A stretch of 64,000 nucleotides of DNA from Rhizophagus irregularis (Eukaryota). The stretch lies in NCBI RefSeq assembly GCF_026210795.1, contig NC_089431.1, forward strand, positions 3,162,001 to 3,226,000, given 5' to 3'. Under the pieces are notes generated by a model that saw only the letters and a list, made by a program, of their open reading frames with translations, had not been told where the DNA came from and made no database searches. This document shows positions 56,101-64,000 of the stretch, one piece after another; position 1 is the first letter of the stretch; every line of letters begins with the position of its first letter. The translations under genes and the position numbers were made by a program.

Positions 56101-57068
56101 ACATATAGTAAATAAATTTTTAAGACTCTATAATATATACATAAAAGTTGTAATATAAATATTTAAAAAAATCAGGATTTTAATAATAAAGTCATGTAAT
56201 AATTAATGATCAACAAATTTACTATATAAAATTACCAAAAATGGAGGAATGCATATATTAAAGATGGTCAACGATCCTAAAGACCATAATCCTTTCTGGT
56301 CCTACATGCAAAAAGACTAGACTGTGTAGAACGCAATCTTCCATTGGTCTTTCATAAATTTTAAAATTTATAATAATTCCAGCTAAAATTAAATGATCAT
56401 CACAAAAATATCCTTTTTTAGATTCTTGTATAACTATTTTTTCCATTTTGGAAGGAAATAAAATTTCCTTTTTTGGACTTGTATAATATCACGTAATCAT
56501 ATTTCGACCAATCGCATGATCAGTCTTTATTAGGACCGTAGATTTGGGAAGATCGCCCCATCCAGTACCTGACTGCATGGATTCACGACTGACAGACTGA
56601 TGAATCGATACTTGACCATCTTTAGCATATATGCACAAATATGCATAAATTTTATTTTATATATATATATAATTTTATATTATAATCAAATAGAAAATCC
56701 AATTATTTAATTAATTTATTATATTTAGCTGACATATAATTATACAAATTTGCTAATATATTAGTTAATATATTGTAATATCAAAATGCTTTAATACTTT
56801 AAAAATGAAGATTTATATATTTTAAATTTAAAGTATTGCAAGAAGATATCTAAAAAGAAAGATGCAATATATAATACAATAAATAAAATAAATAAAAATA
56901 TAATAATAATCATATAATATATAATAATGATCAATATAACAAAGCATAATACAATAGATTTATAAAGATCATTTATATTGATAAATGAAAATTACTTTAT
57001 AAAAAGATATTATTTCTTAACATTATTATAAGTGAAATTACTTTAAAAGGAGATATTATTTTTTAGTA

Positions 57069-58869
57069 TTTTTTTTTTTTCCAATGGCAGCATATTTAAA
57101 TCCTTTATTAGAATAAAAGTGTTCATAATACATTATACAAATAAAAATAAACTATAATAAACTAATAATCAGTAAGATTTAAAGCACTCGTTATTCTTGA
57201 TTTACGAAGCATTACTTATTAAAGGCAATTTAACTATAAGAAAGCTTTTCTACGTCAAGCGCATAATCGTTCTTAGAAGGAATCCCTTCCTCTTAGTCTA
57301 TATCTATAAGGAAATTTTAGCGAGATCCATTATGAAACAGCAAGAAAAAAAAAAGAGGATTTTTAACAAAAAAAGTAGGGTAAAAAAAAGGGTTAATATT
57401 TAATGTGTATGATAGTGAGCACTCCATAACTCTATTACTCCATATTTGGCCCAATCATCCTGTCAGTTGGCCAGTGATCTTAACAACACCTGAATTTCAG
57501 CTAAAATTGTAAGTTTATCATTGCCATCAAAATTCTTATTATTTGAAGTAGATTGCTTTTTTTTTTCAAAGAACTTCCCCTTCTTAAGCTGTCTATCATT
57601 ATGGTTATCCACTTTTTGTGTAACATTTGGAGTCTTCTTTTGATTCTGCTTTTGAATAGAGTCTGTTTTCTTTGGTGGCTTATTTTTAGGCTGATTCAAG
57701 GTAGGCGAAAAATATATAGTCCAAATACCTTTAAATTCTTCAAAGTTAAATTCTATATCAAAGTACTTTATCCAGGCTTCCCCAAATGTTAAAATACACA
57801 ATCAACTTTCTACGTCTATAGTTTTGAATAATCTTGAAAGTTAAAGCACTATCCAGTTGCGATAGCATTGATTGGGCAGGATTCTCTGCATTGTAAACAA
57901 CATTATTAGTAACAGATTTGGATATATCCATAATAATAGCCTGAAATCTTTTTCGTTCTTTGCGTTGCTTCAAATTTCAGGATGCAGGGAACTATTTAAC
58001 AGGCATTCCTCTAAATGAAACAGTCTATATTCCATTATTTCAACTTGTGCCATCACTCATTGAAATTGATGATAGACTACTACAATCAAATACTTCTTTT
58101 GCGTCTTGACTTTCGAATGCAATAACTTGATCCTATTTCTTTAGATTCGTAAGGATATCGAGTTGCAGCATGGTAGAGGGGATATCATAAATAACTATTT
58201 TATAAATGTGAGCCTTATTTTGTAGCTGTATCCAGTCGCGACAGCCAATCGAAATCTTTTCCAGTGTAAAGCTTGAACTTCTTCATCTTTTGCTGCTGCA
58301 GTTTGTCTTGTGTATTACTCTTCTTAAAAGTGTTTTGAGTGTTTCATTTCTCCTTAGGGATGGTGACGTAGATCAGGAATCATTGGAATCAGAATCTTTT
58401 GTGATTTCAGCATATATTACGCACTTCTTTTCTCTAAACTGTTGTTGTTTATTGCTCACATAATGCTTTTCCATTTTTCTCATAAAGCTTTTTGACATTT
58501 CATATAGAAGCATAACTCACATATCTTTGAAAGTATAGAAGAGAAAAAGAAAGCTGTCGAAGTCTTCTACCCCAACTTTTTGGAGTTCATCAGTAAAGGT
58601 TTTATTAAGGTTATTTAAATGCTTGTATGTTGCCAGTTCTATTTCTTCGAGGGTTTGACTAATCCCAGTTACACTAATAGAACATAGAATTTGCAGCATT
58701 TTTTCAAATAAAGTGTAGAATATCTCATTATCAAATAGGCTGAGAAGTGTTTTCATTCAAAGGTATAGAGATTAGTTGCGAGTGGAAACCATATTTTTGG
58801 TATTTTTCTTCAAAATATTATTGCTGAAATTTTGTAAAAAAAAATGGTCTATGCGATTGGTAGGAAGAG
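57069..58869 (-). mobile_element. Probable non-LTR retroelement relic with a fragmented ORF1-like frame and poly(A) end
   Basis: Intronless broken ORFs 58517-58756, 57758-57973 and 57463-57801 on one strand; T-run at 57069-57080; no clear TSD and no RT motif seen. Confidence 0.5.
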
Positions 58870-58876
58870 TTATTAT

Positions 58877-59144
58877 CACTGGTAAAAAAATGATTTATCC
58901 TACACATATCTTACACATATTGGGTACTCAAAATGTAGAAAATCATACACAAATAATACACATATCATACACATATCGGGTACTAATATATATATCATAC
59001 ATATATCAGGTACCTGATAGGTATACTATATATATAAGTACCCGATATGTGTATAATATGTGTATGATTTTCTACATTTTGAGTACCCAATATATGTAAG
59101 ATATGTGTAGGATATGTGTAGGATAGACCATTTTTTTACCAGTG
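58877..59144. mobile_element. CACTA/EnSpm-type MITE, copy 2
   Basis: Near-identical to 53327-53598; 3-bp TSD TAT. Confidence 0.88.
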
Positions 59145-60121
59145 TATAATTTTCATTTTTAGTATTATTAGTTAACACAAGATATATTTTTTTATTAAGT
59201 AATTATTAAATACAAAATTTTAATTAGTTTTATTATTAGTTTTATTTATAGTTATATAATATAATTAGTAATAGTTTGCATATACAATTAGTTAGTAAAG
59301 AATAATTTGTTATTTTTTAAAAATAAAAAACAGAAACAGAAATAAAATAACTATAAATATAATAAATATAGTGGTTTTAAACTTTAATTCAAGAGACTCT
59401 TTTTAAATTTGTAATCAGAAATTATTGATAAATAAAATATTTGATTTTGGTATTGTAAATTAATTCTAAATCAAATGTAATAAAGTGTTAAAAAAAGGTA
59501 ATATTAATAAAGTTGTAGCAAATGATTCTTTACTATTTTCCTTTAGATAATATAACTTTTTTTATTTTAAATTTAAGTTAACTTATAACTTTTTATGTAA
59601 ACATTTTTTTTGAAAATTTGATCAGTAATTTAATAGTACTTAAAAAATAAAGTCACCAGTTTATTTCTTTGAAATTTTATTTTTTCAGTATTGAAAGATT
59701 TATAAGTACTCTAATTTTATTGTTAAGTTAACACTATAGTTAAAAAAAAATTATATAAAATTATAAAATTATTATAATAAAAAATTAGTATTACTAGTAA
59801 AACTGATTGAATTTGGTATTAAACCAATTTTAATTTTACAATTTATATATAGAGTTAATTTGTAATACAATATAATTTGTTACAGTTTTACCTTTAAAGT
59901 AATGTAAAATATGTAAAATAATTCTTTTTATAAAAAATTAAAATCTAGATCTCCAAGACTCCGACTCAGGACCTGGTTCTAGGACCTGTTAACTCTAGAC
60001 CAATTTAGGATCAAATTCAAGGACTAATTGGGTTTAACGAACAGACAAACACATTATTTATATTACACGATGTTCGTTTTGGTGCTTTCAGATAATTCTG
60101 TAATCATTTTTTTTTGGAAAC

Positions 60122-60717
60122 ATGTCACCTATTAATAATCCGCTTTTTCCTCGCATTACTCCTGAATCTCCTCGAAATCTTTCACTGAATGTTAAGTCTA
60201 ATTCAGTACCTTCAGAAGACCAAAAGGATTGTACTTTTTGTAAAATTGTATCCGGTCAATTGCCTTGTATAAAAGTTTTTGAAAATGATGAAATATTAGC
60301 TTTTCTGGGTACAGTAAATTATCCAAATTTTTCTTATCTGCCCAACATTAAAAATTTTTTTTTTGAATTTCTTCCATTAATTTTAATTCTTTATTAGATG
60401 TTGCTCCGATTTCTAGAGGTCACACTCTGGTAATTCCCAAAACTCATATTTCACGTTTAACTTTAGCTTCACCTTCAATAATGTCTTCCTTGGGTTCTGT
60501 ATTACCTCAAATTTCAAATGCAGTAATTCAAGGTGTTGGTACTAAAGATTTTAATATACTTCAAAACAATGGACAAATTGCGGGACAAGTAGTTTTTCAT
60601 TTACATTTTCATATTATACCACGATTTAAAGAGGTTGAAAGTAGAAGCGGCGGAAGATTAAGATTAAGTAAAGATGAAAGTGAAAAAATTGGTAAAGATA
60701 TAAGGGCAAAACTATAA
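60122..60717 (+). CDS. HIT-family (Hint/Hnt1-like) nucleotide hydrolase
   Basis: DCTFCKIV...AFL-DVAPISRGHTLVIPK...NNGQIAGQVVFHLHFHIIPR; one intron at about 60309-60398. Confidence 0.93.
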
Positions 60718-60869
60718 AAGACATTCATTTAATCATAAAAAAATGTGGACAACAATAATATTATATCTCATTCGGCGATCAATATTTATTTAAAAGAAAC
60801 CACAAATAAAATACAATAATTCTATCTTGATAAATACATATTAATATAAAAAAAGATTCTATTTTATCA

Positions 60870-63800
60870 TTAAAAATTTCCACCAGCAGAATGACCCAAA
60901 TTATCCATTTTTTGCATAACCGAACTCAACAGTGAATTGCCATTGACAATTTGAGTCGTAGCAATGACATATTCACGTTGTCCTTTATTTTTTTTTAATA
61001 GAAGATAATTTAATATTATAAACTAAAATACAATTAGTTAACATATTTAAAATGAAAGAGGTATTACCTTCATCTTGTTGTGCCATAAATCTTATTGCTG
61101 AAATTTCAGTATATGTGCATCCTCCCAAGAAAAATATGAGAGTAACACGTGGTTGCTGTCCCTGGGCAAATTCTAATAAAAAAAATATATCAAGAAAATC
61201 GAGAATCAATTGATTTTGTTCTTATTTTAGCATATTATAAACAAAACTTATGCTTACTTTTAGAATGAATGGCTCCATCATCAAGTTTCTGAACTTCATC
61301 GAATGTTTTACCTGGCAACATTTTCAAAGCTTCTTCATGTCCTTTCCACCCAACGATACCCTTTGCAGCACCACCAGTTCCAATGGGATTAGCTGCTGCA
61401 TTAGCACCCACGGGATTACTAATTGGTGTCAGTCCACCTTTTGTTACACATTGTATCAGGCGTACACTCAACGGTGCGTATCCTGAATATACATACGAAA
61501 TGTCTTGAGGGCTCTGCTCATCAACCTCATCAACAATTAGCTGAAGATGTTTTCTGACGTAGTTAAATTTACTACTAGCAGACCCTTGTTTAACAAACAT
61601 ATTTAAGCGTTCCAAATTCAAGAGTGTTTGAAGATGTTCAAATCCATAAGTCTTAAATATTATACACGAATAGTTAATTGAATAATCCTACATTTTGATT
61701 CTCAAATGAAATTCATGTTTACCTGTAAAATTTCCTTTTTGAAAAATTCAAGGCTCTTCTGTTTCAAACCACCATTCACTAAACTTAGTAGACATAATAA
61801 TCTTAAAACTTGTAAGATTGGTACTTGCCGATTAATCATCTCTTCAATATGTTCATTTTGTAAATTTATCTCTATACCTGCAACCAAATCTAAAATTTTT
61901 TTTTTTATGAATTTTCATTCATCAAATTATAAAAAAAAATTCTTCAAATAAGGTATAATAAATGATTACTTTGTTGCACTTCGAGGGCTTTGTTAAATTC
62001 AGGAGTAACAGTATATGCCATAATTTCTTCAGCTATGCCAGTATCTAGAATAAAGTTGCTTAAGGTAAATATAAATATTTTTTTTCCGTATATTCATATA
62101 ATAAAATAAGGATACGGGTCCTTAATGATTGATGTTCAGATTGAAGTCCTCCTAGCTTATTAATAAATTCGCGAATCTGCATAACTGTCTTGGCTTGGTG
62201 TCTCTCCTATTATTTAATGATAAAAAGTATATATATTAATTGCTATTGAGATTATAAAGATTAAGCTTTTGTCAGCGTACCTCGTAATTTTCATTAATTC
62301 TTCTTGCGACTCTGTTAAGGACTCCGCCCACAACAGCAAAATTCATATCTCTCAATTGAACAAATAGTCTATCACTAGAATTGAGTGGAATTTTTTTTTT
62401 TGGCGGGAGTGGAGGGTTGTGACGTTGTTGATGCGGCATTCGATGTTGATGTTGCTGCTGCTGGAGCTGATTTTTGTGAAGCAGGGCCAACAATAGCTGA
62501 ATCAACTTCTACGTGTGAAGCTCTTATACCGAACACTTCATCTATCAACCCTTCGTAAGTTAACTGCGTGCAAAGAGGAGAAATGAGATCAACAGAGCGA
62601 TCTAAGATAATTAAAGAATCTACGTTTTGAGATACTGATAATGTGGATGACGGGTCGTCAACAGCAACTTCTTTACGCATACGAAGCAACATGTCAGCTA
62701 GGTGCTAGATTAACGAATAAGAATTAATATACTAATATGAATAATTTCAATCGAATAGATGTAATCTTTCTTACTTTAGCACAATCTCCTTTCCCAATAA
62801 CTCTTGGAATAAGCCCGAACTTCGTCTGGAGCTTCATAAGTGCTCTTGCCGCATAATAAATTGAAGTATAATCACCATCCTATATTTAATTTTTTTTTTA
62901 AAAAAATTCATAATTTTGTTCTAATATTACTTATAACCTTTGCTGTCATAAACAATAAAATACCAGATAGAGTTCTTTAAAGGTATTATCTAACTCTAAA
63001 GATAACAAATCATCTTCAAATGGTATTAAGTCAAGATGATATTCTCCGATCGTAATCTGTAAGAATCAACCCAGTTAAGGAAATTATTTGGCTTAATTAA
63101 GTTTTGAGATTTATAAAATTTTTATAAAGAAATATGAAATTGATGATTTGATTTAAAATAAGGATATCTCCAAAGACGCCAGCTTCTTCCAAGACTCTTT
63201 CACAAATCATAGTCCTTCGAGGGACAAAGAAAAGATTGTATTCATAATTTGATACAACATCTTTTTGATGATGAGCTATATGTTCTACGAAAACATAATG
63301 ATAAACAAAGTCAAAAAATTATGGTCGATATAGAAACAAAAATAAATATACGAAATTTATACCAGCAATATATTTCATATAATTCAGTTGCGGGCGACAT
63401 ATATAAATCAAACTTTTTAGCTCAGTCTCTAAAGGTCCTTGTTGAAGATAATGTACTTTTTCTACTCCATGTTCCTATTATTAGCATCTTATTAGTTTTA
63501 GAATTTCAAATTACAAATACAAATTTATGTAATTTCTTGAAAATAACTACTTTTAATAAAGAAAACCCAGCTATCAAACTTAAAGGCCCACTGATATTTG
63601 GATCTAGCACTAAACATTTTTTTCCTCTAACCTATTTATTTTTCCAAATATGTAGTTAATAAATAGGTCAATTTATTAAACAAAAGTTTTTTATTTTGAA
63701 AATAACATACTGAATCTAAAACATTAGTTAATTCTTTTCTCGCCAAATCTCTTAAAGAATTAACGTTCAAAGAAGAATGTGTATTTCCCAAGTGAGACAT
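60870..63800 (-). CDS. VPS33: Vacuolar sorting Sec1/Munc18 protein Vps33
   Basis: RGKKCLVLD, FFVPRRTMICERVLEE, LIILDRSVDLISPLCTQLTYEGLIDE, DISYVYSGYAPLSVRL, FFLGGCTYTEISAIRF. Confidence 0.96.
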
Positions 63801-64000
63801 TTTTCATATGTTCAAATTAATTCGCAAACAATAAATAATATAAATCTGGCTGGATCAACAAGATCTTATCATGATGGTGATTTGATTACTTTATTGGGAT
63901 TTTATTATAATAGAATTTACATAAAACAATACAAAAAAAAACAAAAAATAGAATAATGCAAAATCTAAAATTTAATTTAATCATCATCATCGGAATCATC

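Noticed and set aside
56570..56610. CTGATGA suggesting a hammerhead ribozyme
   Set aside because: No stem II followed by GAAA and no closing helices found.

Overview
AT-rich, intron-rich fungal DNA. Gene content and composition suggest an arbuscular mycorrhizal fungus (Glomeromycotina, Rhizophagus-like); this assignment is inference. Conserved genes: a partial Med5-like gene, a CAP_C-only gene, a ZNRD2/SSSCA1-like gene, a DEP-RGS (Sst2/FlbA-like) gene, ADE5,7, MID1, an Sds3-like gene, a HIT hydrolase and VPS33. Accessory content includes a 4.6-kb direct segmental duplication carrying AIG1-type GTPases and a five-level transposon nest whose ends can be read from TIRs and TSDs (hAT MITE > poly(A) retroelement > hAT MITE > hAT transposon > hAT MITE plus a DD81E Sailor-like element), plus many MITEs. 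The most notable region is 29.3-41 kb on the minus strand. It holds a secreted Kex2/Ste13-type repeat precursor (11 Tyr/Asp/Lys/His-rich cassettes, resembling SP7-like effectors), two small spliced signal-peptide genes missed or only partly captured by the ORF track (one with several dibasic sites), and the RGS gene. Exon boundaries were read by eye.
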